NCBI RefSeq assembly: GCF_006345805.1
Contig: NC_043004.1
Coordinates: 37,324,001-37,388,000, forward strand
DNA: 64,000 bases
Source of the DNA: Octopus sinensis
Taxonomy: Eukaryota
Reading direction: 5' to 3'
Shown here: positions 23,734 through 38,199 of the stretch, one piece after another
Numbering within the stretch: the first letter of the stretch is position 1
Layout: each line of letters begins with the position of its first letter
Translations under genes and position numbers: made by a program
Notes under the pieces: generated by a model
Told to the model about the DNA's origin: nothing
Database searches by the model: none
The model's input: the letters and a program-made list of their open reading frames with translations, nothing else

Positions 23734-24089
23734 GTAAAAAACTTTCTTCATTTTTTTTTCTTTACTGCAATAGTGATAAAATAACATTTACAGAAATGAT
23801 TGGGAATGTTGTTTGCAGGAACTTATTCTGCAATAAACAATGAAAGATCAAAGAAAATTTACTTTAACATATTTAATGTGTTTCTGTTGTTATTAACAGG
23901 GTGGACTGACAGAATGATTAGTGTGTTAGGATAAACCCTTTGCTGTATTTGTCCTGGCTCTACTTCTGAGTTCATCCAACATCAACTTTGCCTTTCATCT
24001 TTTCAATGTTCCTAAACCAGAAACCATTGATATCTCATTAATATTGTTCTTGGCTGAATGTTTATGTGTTACTTGTGTATTAAGTGCGA

Positions 24090-24470
24090 CAACACATGGT
24101 TTAAAACATGGGCTTTGAATGTCAAGGTTGTGTGATGGCTGAAAGAAAGAGGCTAACATTCTCCACTAGATGTGTTAGCATGCATGTATGGCACATCACG
24201 GGTGAGCTGAGAGTTAAGAATTTATTGTGATCTGTTCAAAAACTGCTGGTGCAGATACATGATGTGTAGAAATACCAAACAACCCAAAGAGGAACACGAC
24301 AGAAGAGGTGAAGGCTGATGTTGGCAGAGTACTGAACCTCATGAAGGAAACGACAGAAAATTGCAAGAAGTGGGACAAAGTAGTGAGGGCTGATCTGAAG
24401 ATGTTGAACCTCACAGGGGAGATGACAAAGAACTGAGATAATTAGCAATTTACTGTGCTCTAGAGCAGTG
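24090..24470 (+). mobile_element. Decayed RTE ORF-end fragment
   Basis: Similar to 7335-7796 (GRPKRNTTEEVKAD / WDKVVRADLKMLNL). Confidence 0.6.
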
Positions 24471-24967
24471 CTCCGCTACCTTTTTTTCATTTGGTGTTCA
24501 CTTACATTCTGTTCAAAATTCAGCGGCACACTTGAACTAAAAATATAATTAAAAGTACAGGGGAAATGATTATATTCGGGTTACACTGTGGCACGCTGAG
24601 CATCATTTCGTAGCACACCAATGTGCCGCAGCATACTGGCTGTGGAGCACTGCTCTAGAGGACCAGTTCATCACAATGAAAGTGAGGTTCTAAAAGTAAA
24701 ATGCTTATTCCTGTCCATGTTGGGCCCTACACCCAATTTGTCCACGTCACACATCTCCTCTTCCCAGCACCTCTCCCTCTCTTATTGCCTATTTTCCAGT
24801 TGAGATTTAGTCCTTAGTCTTTATATGTAGTAAAGCATTGAAACCTTCTCTGCTCTCATTGTATTTTATAGCTCAGAATATTGACAGTGTTTATCATCTT
24901 GAAATACAATTACAGATCTTAACATTTTGATTCATTAAAAATAAGTATTTTCTCTTTATCTTTTAAG

Positions 24968-25057
24968 GGCCGGTGTCCATTTTATCTAGAACCTGCTGTT
25001 ATTGTATTAATCACTGATCGAGGTCGGCTAACATCTCCAAATAGTGTTCAACTTGAG
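24968..25057 (+). CDS. INTS6: INTS6 exon 4
   Basis: aag|GRCPFYLEPAVIVLITDRGRLTSPNSVQLE|gtaaag. Confidence 0.96.
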
Positions 25058-25975
25058 GTAAAGCATTATTTATTACTTAACTTTTTATTAGCTCTATTTT
25101 GTGAGAAAAAGAACTATAGCTTATTTTTGTTTCTTTATGTATTAAAGTGCTATTTTGAGCACAGTAAGAAGTTTTATATAAATCTGATAGAATTTTACTC
25201 TGAAATTTATTCTGTTTTGTAGCAATTATTAGGTTGAGATAACTAAGTTGGAGCATAAAAAAAACATCAATGAAGTTGTGTGCACATTACAGTAGATTTC
25301 AGCTTCACTTGAGTATTATATAAAAGAAATCTATATAAAAACTTGATGTTAGACCTCACTGAAAAGATTTCTATGACAAAGTCAGGAACCTTCAGAACAG
25401 ATTTACTGGGGTATACAAACATTATGGGCTTGAGCCAGGAATTTAGTGATAAAGATTTTCAAGTTCTGTGATACATTATACTCAGAACATTAACCAACCA
25501 ACTAGTCACTTAGTAATCAATTTGGCACAAAAGCTAAATTAATTTTATTTTTATGAAAGAAAGAAATGAGCAAATAGTTGTGAATGACTTCTCTAAAAAA
25601 AGGTTTGTAGTGAACAAAGCTAAAGACCAGGAAGATCATGAAACGAATCAAGACTGGAAGGAAGGCATGTAAATTAAAATGTGAAATATAATTTAGAGAT
25701 GGACCATTGAAATAGAGAGATCAGTTATAACTCTTAACTCTTTTCCATTTACAATTACATAAACCAACAAGAATACAGTGTTCAGAAGATCTTCAGATGA
25801 TTTTTAAGACATTTACTAATAAACTTGGGTGAACACTCTCCATTTTATAAACCCTCAATATTATCAAACTTTCTATAAATATTTCAATAATAAACATGGA
25901 ATAATTGATGTTTAAGATGCTATAAAATTAATTTTGATCTTGAAAATATAATTTTTTAATAAAATAAAAAGAAAA

Positions 25976-26262
25976 CATCGTTTAACGTCTGTTTTCCATG
26001 CTGGCATGGGTTGGAGAGTTTGACTGAGGTCTGGAGAACCAGCAGCTGCACCAGGCTCCAATCTGATCTGGCAGTGTTTCTATAGCTGGATGCCCTTCCT
26101 AACACCTACCACTCCGAGAGTGTAGTGGGTGCTTTTTACATGCCACCGGCACAGGGGCCAGTCTGGTAGGCCTGGCATCAGTCACGTTTGGATAGTGCTT
26201 TTTACATGCCACCAGCATGGGGGCCAGTCAGTGGGTACTGGTATCGGTCACGTTCGGATGGT
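25976..26262 (-). mobile_element. RTE 3'UTR/tail copy
   Basis: TTTAACGTCTGTTTTCCATGCTGGCATGGG...CTGGATGCCCTTCCT plus 3'UTR repeat units. Confidence 0.85.
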
Positions 26263-26779
26263 GCAATATAAAATATATATATTACAACAAAAAATCAAAA
26301 CCTTCATGACAAAAATAAATTTTAATTACACTTTCAATCTCGGATAAAATTATCTAATTTTTACACAAAGTGTAACAACCAGTAATTTCAGTTGTACTGT
26401 TTTGAGTAGTTTTACAAGACTTTTTCTCTCTCTCTTTTTCCCGTGTTACCACTTGATACATTTAATTTTTTTAGTTTGAAATTTTTGATAAACTTCATCT
26501 GGAACTTTATTGGCTGTCACTCTTATCAATAAGTGATCCTTACTCTTACTTGTATATCAACATTAACAATACACACATAAAATAAAAAATACATTCTTTT
26601 ACTATTTAATGCAATTTCTACATGTGGTAGCTAAATACTAATTAATCAGTGAAATCTAGCTGTTTCTTGTATTTAACTTTGACAACTTTCAGACAAATTA
26701 TTTTTTCAAGATTGTATCTTTGTCTGGTGATGTATTGCTTCTTTCCTTCATATTTGATGAAAAGAACATTAAATTCTTA

Positions 26780-27310
26780 AGGGGCTGTGCCTGTGATCCT
26801 TGCAATCCTCCAAGACTTGTGAAACTGACATGGTTAATACTCCTGTTGAACAGCTGTAGGAATATATAAGCAGGACTGCTATTCTTTGGGTTGAAAGTGC
26901 TCAGTGTTTAGTGCAGGATTTGGGAGGTAAGAATATAGGTAACGAAAGAAGGAGAACCTTTTGTGGAAATGGTTTTTTTGGTGGCAGGAATGCCACCAAA
27001 AGCTGTCTTTATAGTAGCAGTACCATGCCAAATGTGGAAGCAATATTCTGTTGTGAGCTTCACTTGATCTTTGTCGTAAGTGAGTTATTGGGAGCTGAAA
27101 TATTTTCTGATTCTGAAGAGAACGGTCAGTGGTATAACTGCAAGAAATTCTCTATCATAGTGACACTTGGGTTGTGACATTGAGGATTCTTGTTGGCTTC
27201 GGGTGTAGCACTATATTGTATGTGCAGAATGTTTAATAAGTAACGTTACAATTAGATTGTATCTGCAAAGCTTGTTTCATCTCTGCTGGTGTTATTGGAG
27301 CCTTACAATG
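26780..27310 (-). mobile_element. Decayed Jockey/CR1-group LINE C-terminal fragment
   Basis: Minus strand reads LFRIRKYFSSQ*LTYDKDQVKLTTEYCFHIWHG, resembling the LxRxRxxxSxxQLLxxYKAxxRPxxEYxSxxWxG motif. Confidence 0.6.
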
Positions 27311-28087
27311 TTTAAGCCAACCTGAATTTGTTATCACAACTTATCAAGTGGTTTATTATGTATTTCTAAGGAACAAACTAATACAAGGCACCGACCAATT
27401 CTGTGAATAGTGCAAGACTATCAGTTAAATAGTTAGCAACATGGCATTGAAATAGTACTGTGAATAAAACTAAAACAACTTAGGTTCTTGAGTTACCTTT
27501 GTCTAGCAAGACTGGTAAATGGATTTCACTGAGGTCTAATAAGACCAAAACATGTCCACAATTATCACTGCCAGATCTGACTGGCGTGGTGCAGCCTTCG
27601 GGCTCCCCAGACCCCAGTTGAACCGTCCAACCCATGCTAGTATGGAAAGCGGACGTTAAACAATGATGATGAATATCAGACTCACCACAGCATTGCCCAC
27701 ATTTGCCTCTTCCCTTGTCTTTTACTAAAATTAAGCTAATAATTCTTTCTCTTTATCACTGGGGTAAATTTGATTAAATATCATTCCTTGTATCACTACA
27801 TTAAATGTGCTAACATGGTCGTAGTATATAGCTATTAGCTACTTGCTTAGTTAATTAGCTAGTGCACAAAGTAATTATTCCCTAATGACTAGTGTAACAT
27901 CATAAACTCAGTGACAAACGAGATGCATTGGTATTTGCAGAGGTGTCTTGTTAATGGTCATTTATAAAATGAAAAATGTTTCATAAAAAATATACAGGTT
28001 AGTCTGTTAAACTTTTTAAATGTTCTAATTGTACAAAAACAAATTATTTTATAATTAATTTGTAAATTCTTATTGGTTTCTTTTCAG

Positions 28088-28271
28088 TTGAATCTGCCAA
28101 TGAATTCAGTGGTCCCAGGTTGTGAACTAACAAAAGAACCATTTAGATGGGATCAAAGAATATTTGGCTTAGTTCTGGAGATTCCAGCAACCCCACCAGT
28201 CGATAATGGATTTGTTTACATTCCTGTTGCTGAAACCCATCCAATTAACGCAATGTGTGATGTCACCGGTG
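28088..28271 (+). CDS. INTS6: INTS6 exon 5
   Basis: cag|LNLPMNSVVPGCELTKEPFRWDQRIFGLVLEIP...AMCDVTG(G)|gtaaaa. Confidence 0.97.
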
Positions 28272-28956
28272 GTAAAAACCTAACTCTAATTTACTTTTAA
28301 GTCTTAGAAATTTTTTTTTTCTTTTTTACTTTTTATTTTGATTCAAGATAGGTGAGAGTCAAGGTATTTGAGATACTGAAAAAAAGGCCCAAAGTTATCT
28401 TGTCACTGGGGTTTATTTTAACTGGCACAAGATATTGTGTGAGTATAAGGCTTATATGGTTAAATGTATTTTTGGAATACAAGAGAGAAAAGTTCTACAG
28501 AACAACTGTTCTTGGAATAAAAACCTATTCAGAATTTGGCATAAGTTGAAAATAGAGTGGATAAAACAGAAACTGATGGAACAGGTGAGTTCAAGTGAAA
28601 GTAAAGTCCAACAGGAAAATTCTGAAGAGCAGCATACTTTATTGCAGAATTATAAAAAAATAGTACATTTGTGGACTAATGATAAAAGATTTTCAGAATG
28701 ATAGATTTGTCAGTCTGATAGTTCTGGGTGGGATCAAGGTTATCAATAATCAAATAAAGTGTGCCATTAACTTTAGGGGAAAAAAAAGAGAGAAAAAATA
28801 AATTAATGGATTTCTGTTGTTTCTTGCAATTTTTCTTTAAGTTTTACATGTATTTCTAATAATTTCTAGGTGTTTTTTAAATTATCTTATATGCCTACTT
28901 ACAATTATATATATATTTCATTGATAGAATGATCAATTAATTTGTTTATTATGCAG

Positions 28957-29085
28957 GGCGATCTTATGCAATTTTATCTCAAAAAATGTTGAATGCAGCT
29001 CTTGAATCATTAGTTCAGAAGGTTCAAGCAGGAGTTGTCATAAATTTTGAGAAAATTGGTCCGGATCCGAAGCCAGTAAATGAAG
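28957..29085 (+). CDS. INTS6: INTS6 exon 6
   Basis: cag|RSYAILSQKMLNAALESLVQKVQAGVVINFEKIGPDPKPVNE|gtaagt. Confidence 0.97.
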
Positions 29086-29527
29086 GTAAGTGTTTGTTAT
29101 GTTATAAAAATGTAAATTTGCTCAATATGAGAAATATTCCCTTGCAAATGGTACTTCGGTTTTAGACCTTTTATTGACCATTAAACCTTAAGAACTGTTG
29201 TTTAAAATCACAAAAAAACATTGCTTCCAGTTTGACGCTACATCTCAAAGTAATCTCCAAAATCAAGATAAGCCCATTATGCATAAATTTGATATCAATA
29301 TTTTATCTTGATTCTGAAATTTATTTTATGGAATTATTTAACTAGGCTTAGTCACCCATATAGTTAATCAAGTTGTCCACAAGGGAGTCCTACTCAACAA
29401 TTGTAGCAGCATTACAAAGGTAAAGAGGATTCCTTAGACAAAAATAATTATAGAGACATCAGATTTCTGAACCAGGTGATGTAAATCATTAGAAATGATA
29501 ATTGCAATCTTTGAATTTCTGTTTTAG

Positions 29528-29721
29528 AAAATGGTGATGTAACAAACCAGTATGGGGAAAATGATAAACGAGAAATAGAATCTCAAGGTTCAGGGGCAAC
29601 TCCAGCCTGGCACAGTAACAGGAAACTCATCTATGTTCAACGATCAGCACAAAAAGGGTATTCTGTCGGTCATTGGCCAATACCAGAAGCCTATTGGCCT
29701 GACAGTAGTATTCAGACTTTG
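29528..29721 (+). CDS. INTS6: INTS6 exon 7
   Basis: tag|NGDV...PAWHSNRKLIYVQRSAQKGYSVGHWPIPEAYWPDSSIQTL|gtaagt. Confidence 0.96.
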
Positions 29722-31299
29722 GTAAGTTATTATTCAGGAATTCTTTACAACCAAATCATTTGTGATAAGAAGTATGTGTATATATTATGTATCCATTTTC
29801 CATACTTGCATGGTTTGAACTGTGTGACAGGAGCTGACCAGCCAGATAGCTGTACTGAGCTCCAATCGTCTGTTTTGGCATGATTTCTACAGCTGGGTGC
29901 TTTATACACAGCACCAGAAAGGGTGCTTTTTGTGGCACCAGCACTGGTGAATTATTTCATGGCACTAGCACAAGCGTCTTTTATATCTTGGTGAGTGGTC
30001 ACTGTTACTGACACATCCCACCAAAAATCTGATTCTTGTTTCTGATAGCTAAGTGTATTAATGTGTTGTAGAATTACCAACAATAAGAAACAACACTTAT
30101 AGGTTTGAGCAGTTCTATGTAAAAAGCACTGGTGATGGTGCCACGTAAAAAGCACTTTACTACACTCTGTAAAGTAGTTGGCATTAGGAAGGGCATCCAG
30201 CTATAGAAACCAAGCCAAAACCAACAAGGGAACCTAGTACAGCTTCCAGCCTTGCCAGTATGGAAAATGGACATTAAATGATGATGAAGGATCTTTGAGC
30301 TGGTTTTTCAAAATCTGTTTTTTGACTTTTTGAATATTTCACTGCTGGTTATATATTTGTAATTATTTCTGGGTTGTTTTTGGTGATAAAACTGATAATA
30401 AAACAGAAACAAGGGTTTCTTTCAATGCTTATTGTTGAGTTATCTTATGTAATTTGATAATAACATTCATATAAGGTCAACAAAAAAACGTAAGCAGTTC
30501 AGTAAAAGCCATATCTATGTATTATAATGAGTTTGCTTCAGCTGTAATTGTTTTAACAGGAGAGAAAAAAAAATGAAATATAGACCTTGTCTAGACTCAA
30601 ATCCAAAGTAGAGAATTTATAGTTTTGAATTACATAAAAAAGATTGGTATTCTTTATAGTTTGTCTGGCTCCACCCAGTCCCCCACCCTTGCTTCTAAAA
30701 TGTGAATAGTTATGTAGTTTCTCTACATGAAACCTGTTATGTTATGTTCAGGCACTTTTTTCTTTAAAACTTTATCCCTCTCTACACATTATCCTAGTAT
30801 AAAGTTTCCTCGCATCCTTGGGGTTTGTAGTCATATAAGCTTCATAGTGACCTCACAAGGGGCTGGTGGCATGAAAAAGAACACCCACTACATGCTGTAA
30901 AGTAGCTGGCATTAGGAAGGGCATCCAGCTGTGTAGGGACCATGCCAAAGCAGATACTGGAGCACAATGCAATCCTTGAGCCTATCAGATCCTGTGCAAC
31001 CCATCTAGCATAGAATATGGATGTTGAATGAGTTGGAGGATGAAAGTAAAATAAACTTTTGAGGTAAACCACTATTAATACCAAAAATTATGTATCTAGA
31101 ATTGAGCTTAAAACAATAAAGGTTTGGAAGAACTGTTTAATCACATGTCTAGTAAGTCTCAAAATTCTGGCACAGTTTTAGGAAAAAGATTATAAAAATT
31201 CAGTCACATCATGTTAATTTATTTTTCTTTATGGAATGTAATTATTTTTATATAATTTCCACTGTTCATTAATGCAATAATTACATTTTTCAATTTCAG

Positions 31300-31452
31300 A
31301 GCCCGCGAACTGCTCAGCCTGTGGTACAGTTTTCATGTACAGCATGTGAACCGTTAGTTATCGACAATCTCCCTTTTGATAAATATGAACTCGAACCATC
31401 ACCACTAACTCAGTATATCCTTGAACGTAAACAACCAAACAATTGTTGGCAA
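31300..31452 (+). CDS. INTS6: INTS6 exon 8
   Basis: cag|SPRTAQPVVQFSCTACEPLVIDNLPFDKYELEPSPLTQYILERKQPNNCWQ|gttagt. Confidence 0.97.
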
Positions 31453-31916
31453 GTTAGTATTGTTAATAACTTTGTGTTTGTCATGATGACTTTTCAGACA
31501 ATAAGTACCCCATATTAATGTCAAGCAGCTTGTTTAGCCATCTGTTCCCAAATTTTCAATATAAGCATTCAATAATTCCATATTTAGAGACTACAAGATG
31601 GTTAGTGCAGAAAATAGGTTCAATTCAAAAATTAAATTGTAGCACAAATTATTTTGTTATTAGAATGTAATATCATTTTAGTTGTCCAAACATGCAACTG
31701 AGTTTTAATGACCAAATGTTAAAAAAAACAAGACTCTGCTCTTTGTAAAGAGGTATAAAGAACATCAAACTTACACTGATCTTTTTCATGTTTTATCATT
31801 ATCTTAATTTATGCTACCTTTTATGTAATTATGTTGTACTGTATCTATACCATAGATAATTTCCCATTATAAAGAATATTTTTCTAAAATTTTGGGTTTC
31901 TTTTTCTTGTCTCCAG

Positions 31917-32046
31917 GTATTTGTAAGTAACAGTGCCAAATTTGACTTCTGCCATCCATTTGGTTATGTAAAAGCTAGCAGTAACCTATCATGTGTTAAC
32001 TTATTTGTGATGCCATATAACTATCCAGTACTGTTGCCACTGCTTG
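31917..32046 (+). CDS. INTS6: INTS6 exon 9
   Basis: cag|VFVSNSAKFDFCHPFGYVKASSNLSCVNLFVMPYNYPVLLPLL|gtaaat. Confidence 0.97.
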
Positions 32047-32099
32047 GTAAATATAAACTTTTATTATTTTTCTATTAAAACTAAATTTCTTTTCATATA

Positions 32100-32290
32100 G
32101 GCGCAAGCATAGCTGTGTGGTTAAGATGTATGCTTCGCAACCATGTGGCGCCAATTTTGAAATTGCTGCACGACACCTTAGGCAAGTGTCTTTTGCTGTA
32201 GTCTTGGGTTGACAAATGCCCTGTGAGTGAAGCTTGGTAGACAGAAACTGTGTGGAAGCCTGCTATATATGTGTTTGTGTTTTTGTTGAC
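32100..32290 (+). mobile_element. tRNA-headed, CORE-like SINE fragment
   Basis: Similar to 53453-53826 (GGCAAGTGTCTT...GGTAGACAGAAACTG). Confidence 0.7.
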
Positions 32291-32450
32291 TGGTATGTTG
32301 AGTTGCATCCCTTAATATCCAAAATATAGTTTAGCAATTCAATGTGATCAACTAAGATCACTTCAGGGCCATGTCTCAGCATGAGCATCATAGTGAGACT
32401 AAAATAAGTGTAAAAACATCCAAATTGTTTTTTATTTTTTATATTCTCAG

Positions 32451-32545
32451 ATGAATTGTTCAAGGTTCATAAATCTAAACCTACCAAAAACTGGCGGCAA
32501 CAATTTGACAGTTATTTGAAAACAATGCCTGTTTATTATGCTGGG
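32451..32545 (+). CDS. INTS6: INTS6 exon 10
   Basis: cag|ELFKVHKSKPTKNWRQQFDSYLKTMPVYYAG|gtaagt. Confidence 0.97.
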
Positions 32546-32933
32546 GTAAGTCATTTAGAATGCTATTTAATCAGCTTTCTGAAGCAATTTTTCCTGACTT
32601 AATGATCAGTTTAGTTTCACAAGTTTTTTTTTTATTTTACATATATAATCAATGCCAAAAGTCTTTTAATTCTGCTGCTATAGAAATGGTGCAGAGTTAG
32701 AATTTGAAAGAAGTGTGTGGTATGGAGACAACAGCCTGTTGATACAATACTGTACAGGTGTCTCAGTGTACCTACTGAATTTTAATTGTTAATTATTCAT
32801 CATCATTTTGGAGAACGGACGCTAAATGATGATGAATAAGATAGGAAAAAAGATTTATTTCACTTTTCATCATTGTTAAAAATTTTTGAAATTTTTCTTT
32901 TATAATTAAGTAGTAGTATGAGAATTAATGATT

Positions 32934-32968
<35 letters not shown>

Positions 32969-35504
32969 CATTTCTATAGTTGAACTCTTTAAATCTTATA
33001 AGATTATCCTTATAAGGAAAATTTGTCATTTTGGATGCACTTCACCCTTCACCCAATATTATTATGATAGCACATAATTTTCTTGCAGCTACAAGGAAAC
33101 ATATCAAGTACATTAAAATCCATCTCTGTCTGCCCACTTGTAGAAATAAAAAATATTTGCTGGTATAATTCACCTTTTAGCTTCACTTGATCAGAAATGA
33201 GGACAGAAAGTAGTGTGCCACTGTAAAGGAGACACATGGTTACCTAAGCCGAAGAGGAAAGAGTGGGAGACAATAAGAGCACAAGGGAACAGAAAAAAGA
33301 TGGTGGCAGAGTGCCAGGCATACTCACAGGGGTTGAGGATCAGAATATAAATGGGATGGTTGCATAAAAGAAGAGAGAAAAGTGGTGGCAAATGCCAGGG
33401 CATATGCTTAGGATACGGAGGTAATAATATAGGCGACAGGACATTGCCAAGAAGCATGAGTAGAGAGTGGCAGGAGCAGTGAGTGGTGAAAATCTGGGTG
33501 TGTAAAGGGGTTGGGGGTGCTACCAGATAGATACAGTGAACAGGACCATGAGGACAGGATTGGAGAATGACAGGTAAGCATAGTGCATGATAGAAGAGAT
33601 GTGAGGAAGAGAAGAAAATTGTAGTTTGGTTTGTTAAGGTAGGATGTGTAAAAAGTTTTCTTGGCACACCCAGCGCTTCTAGAACCAAGTTTTGCTGACA
33701 TGGAGTGGGGTCTTCTCAAGAAACTTATGTCACCAGACATCTCGGTTCATTGTCATTTCTTCGTTAGCCCCAAGATCCAGAGATTGGTCCTTACCACTTC
33801 ATCCCATGCATTCTTGGGTTTCCCCCTTCCAGAAGTACCATCCACTTTCAGTAACTGGCACTTCTTTATGCAGCTGTCTCTCAATTGGTTTGATATTTGA
33901 AAGACTCTCCTTCTCCTATGCATTTTCCACATTTAGTAACCTTTCATAGTGACACTTCCATGCATCTTTCCTTTCTGAGTCACTAAGTGCAAGCATACCA
34001 TTATCCATTCCCACCCATATCTCACCCACTGCATCTTTATTCTCTCTGCTACACTGCTTTGCAGTCCTGAACACCTCATGCTGTAGAACATTTGCAAATC
34101 TCTTCCCATCTGCTATTCTTTTTGCTATTTAAACCTGATGCTCAGCCACCCTTCTGGCTACCTGATATAATCCTCTGCTTCCACTGTTTTTCCTAGCCTG
34201 TCTCTTTGCTTTCATAGCACTGTCTACCTCCTTGTTCTACCACCAGGTCACCCTTGACCTAGCTGGGACTCTGCACTGGCCAAAGATTTCATCCGTGGCC
34301 CTCAGATTGTCCCACACGAACTTCCAGTTATCCTCGAAGCTATATGTCCCTGACTTTTCCTCTCTTTTGTCAGAGACACTGTCTCAAACATAAATGTTTT
34401 TGCATGTGGGTGGGTGTGTGGAAGATGTGGAATGAAGTGATGATGAGCCTCAGAGAGATGATGACACAAGACTGAGATGATTGACGATTTGCTGTGCTTG
34501 CAAAGACCTATCCATTTAAGTAAAAATGACTCCCTAAAGGCATGAAATTCACCCATACACACATACCTACTTTCTATCTGGTATTTCTTTGCACTATAGC
34601 TCTAAACATCCATCTGCCTCTTATATTTTCTTTCATCTTTGTCATAGAACTTTTAAAGACACCTTTGCTTATCCTTCTATCGTGCCTTAGCATAATGCCC
34701 TTTGCCCTCTCAAATATCCCCCCCCCCCCCCACTTGAGAGGGGCTTTTTTGTTTTTATCTGTTCTTTTTCGTCTTGCAATTTACTTGACAAGTTCACTAG
34801 TGCCAGTGGCACACAAAAGGAAAACCACCCAGTATACCCTGTAGCTGGTATTAGGAAGAGCATGAAGCTTGCGCAGTCTTGCAGCTCACTGGATCCTGTC
34901 AAACTGCCCAACCCATGCCAGCACGGAAAGCAGATGTTAAATTTCCAATTTCACATTCTGCCTCATCACACATTGCATATGTACCACACTCTTTAACTAC
35001 AAGAAAGCTAGCTATGGCGAAGAGCACAGATCATAATAGTGCCCTTAGAATCAGCTATGCATTTTTAACCAACAACAAAGGAACCAGTACCTAGATGCAT
35101 CCATTTTCCCAGGATTGTATGTCTCTTGTATATTGGCTACTGAACTTTCCTTCCTCTTTTTTTTTTTTTTTTTGCTTTCCTCCTCCTTTCTTTTTACGAT
35201 CCCTTTTGATCGAAAACCAAACCCCCTTTTTTATCCTCAAATGGAAAGCTCTATCTTGTAATTTGTCCCGTCTTTGTGCAGCCCTGTGTGGCTAATAAAG
35301 AAACATATAATTCATAATTCTATCAAAAACTGGCCAAACTACTTTACATTATGATTTTTTTTTTTTTACATGTTTCTGTAAGGGATTGTTTCCTATTATA
35401 CATAATGCATATGATTCAAGGTTTTTGATCAACCTAATTGTACTCCCTTACAATTTCAATTATATTTTATCGTAAGTTAATAGCATTCTCTTTATTTTCT
35501 ACAG

Positions 35505-35615
35505 CCTTTACGGAAAGCATTACAACGTATGGGTGCCCCAAGTCTGATCCCAGATAATATGGAAAATTGCCTCAGTTATAGTGTTATCACATACCTCAAA
35601 AAGTTGAAAAACCAG
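35505..35615 (+). CDS. INTS6: INTS6 exon 11
   Basis: cag|PLRKALQRMGAPSLIPDNMENCLSYSVITYLKKLKNQ|gtgatt. Confidence 0.97.
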
Positions 35616-37352
35616 GTGATTACAAATTTAAGTTCATTTTATGCAACATAATTGGGTTCTCATTCTCGAACTACAGACAAATGATTTTACTGAAAAATAT
35701 AATTATATTTTAATGTGCTTTCACAGTCAGTTGATCTCCATTAGTAAATGTACCTAGTAAATATTTTCAACCAATTGACATTTAGGCCCACTGGATGTAT
35801 CCTATTTGACACTCACCTGTTATTGCACCATTCGGTGGTGTAAGCAGTCTGGAAATTTGAAGTATACGACATCTAATTTCTTGTTCATTCATAGAATCAA
35901 GTAAATGCAGTGGAAATAGGTATGGGCTGTGACCTTAGAGGCTTAGATACATTTCTTCAGACTTATTTAAAAAAAAAAGTCCTGCACAGAATTTCTTGAG
36001 AGATATTCCTGTTTCATAATTTTGTTTGATTCTGTATGAATTTCCAAAAAGACAAATTATCTCAGGATATTGTTGATGTTGTTCTGTGGAGGAGAGTTGT
36101 TTACAATGCATCTAAGTATTTGTAAGTGTACCTAAATTTAAACCCATTCACCATAAAAACATTGTTGCTTTATTGCATGTATGAAAGTATTAACAGAACT
36201 TTGAAAACTGTTTTTGAAATTCTGAGAATATTACACTGGAAATATAGGGGCCACCAAAGAACTCGTCTGTGTTCAAACAGTTAATTGATTTACACCAACC
36301 TGGGATGCCTGTGAGATCCTCTTGGTAGAGTAAACTGACTTTGACCTGCAAAAGTCTTTCTGAGGGGTCCTCAATTCTACTGAGAGCAATATGCAACTGA
36401 CCATTGTGTGGACATGTGAAGAAAGTAACTTATTAAAATTTAAAAAATGGAATATTTCATAAATTTTCTTGAAAGAAATTTAAAGAACAGAGATGCATCA
36501 GTTTCTTCCATATATGCATACCCATGTACATACATACATGCAGAAGGATAGAGAGAGAGAGAGCAAGAGTGAGGTAAAAACTGCAACAGATCTCTACCAC
36601 TGCATCACTTAACTTTGTCAGTTACACATTCTTCATTCATGACAAACTGTTCATTAATGAATTTTAAAATGGCCGCAAGTAAATAATTATCCAATTATTT
36701 TCTGAAATTGATTGGATAGAGGAAGTGCCCAAGTCATCTAAGTAACTTGTGTATTGAGTGAGAGATCAAAGTAAAAACAGTGATTGATAGGTGGGTAGAT
36801 AGATAGCTTTTCTTATTGTGAAGTAACTTCTTAAAATTTACAAGTTTTCTTAAGAGAAATTTAAAGAGAGGAGGTTCATTATTTTCTTTCTATTTTGTAA
36901 TAAATTTTCAAAAATGGTAGCTTAATGTCTTTAAAGTTCATGTTGGGAAATACATGTATGTCTTATGTACATTCTGTTGTGTCTGGGGAGAGTCATTCTC
37001 TTTTAGTACCTTATTATTTAACACACTCACTGGTAAAATTTCCACTTATTTCTTATTTTTATTTTCTAAAATTTTCATTGCGTCTTGCAACCTTTTCAAT
37101 AGTTTTGACTCTTATGTACATATTATAGAAAAAAGGGAGAATGAGAAATAGGTGGAAAGTAGTGAAAGAAACCAAAAGTTATGCGACAGATAGGTTTGAC
37201 AAAACCTATTATACCAATTATTATTTTTGTATGTATGCTAGATAGATGTAAATATAAATAAATCTGTTATTTAAATTAATTTGTAAATCTTTTACAGCCA
37301 TAATTTGATACAAACTTTTTTTTCGTTCAAATTTCATTTCATTGTTACTTAG

Positions 37353-37432
37353 GCTAAGATTGAAATGGACCGTTTAATAGCTTCCGTTGGTCAAAAGCTG
37401 CCTCCACCAGATGGACTTAAAGTAAATTTAAG
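37353..37432 (+). CDS. INTS6: INTS6 exon 12
   Basis: tag|AKIEMDRLIASVGQKLPPPDGLKVNL(R)|gtaatt. Confidence 0.94.
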
Positions 37433-38199
37433 GTAATTTGTAAGAATTTTTTTTTTGTCTCATCATGAGGAAAGAGCTGGCTTTTTAACTGTCACAGACC
37501 CTTCAAGACTAGTGAAACTGATACAGTTGCTGCTCAATTTAAGCATCTGTAATATTTGCATTGCAGGAAAGATGTGATTGGGAAGGGAGTTACAGAGAGA
37601 AGGTTTATATTCTGAACGGTGGGGATTAGTGAGATTTTATTTTCATTGCACATTATATGGTTTTAGGCAAGGACTTGTATAAGAACAGCCCTGAATCTTA
37701 ACAAAACAGATTCACAATAGCTGCAACATTATATTTAATCTCAACAAATTAATTAAAAACACTACAAGATTTTGTCTTGTTGCATCTTCTGCAATTACTG
37801 TTGATTCCCTTAGACTGTATGCCGCACTAATAATTTGTTGAGGTTCACAAAAAATTGATGAATGACATTTCTATTAGTTTGCTTGTGATAAATAACATCT
37901 TCACTGTAGGTCTATTTGAATGGATTCATCTTGAGGTTACTCAATACTAAATTCAAAAAATTTGTTCCTCAAATATTTTGTGCTGCAGAAGTTAATAAAA
38001 GTATTCTCACAACTAGGTCTTTAGAAATTGAAATTGAGTTAGGATGAATAAAGAGGAAGAGAAGAGCCAGGTGCTATTGGAGAAATGGTTAGGGTCCATA
38101 TACAGAGATGGAGTTGGTGTAAGCAAAGGACACAAGAAGTGTGGTTGTGTCAAAAGCAGGCTTAGAGAGAAGGTAGATTTTATATGGAACTGTGTACTG

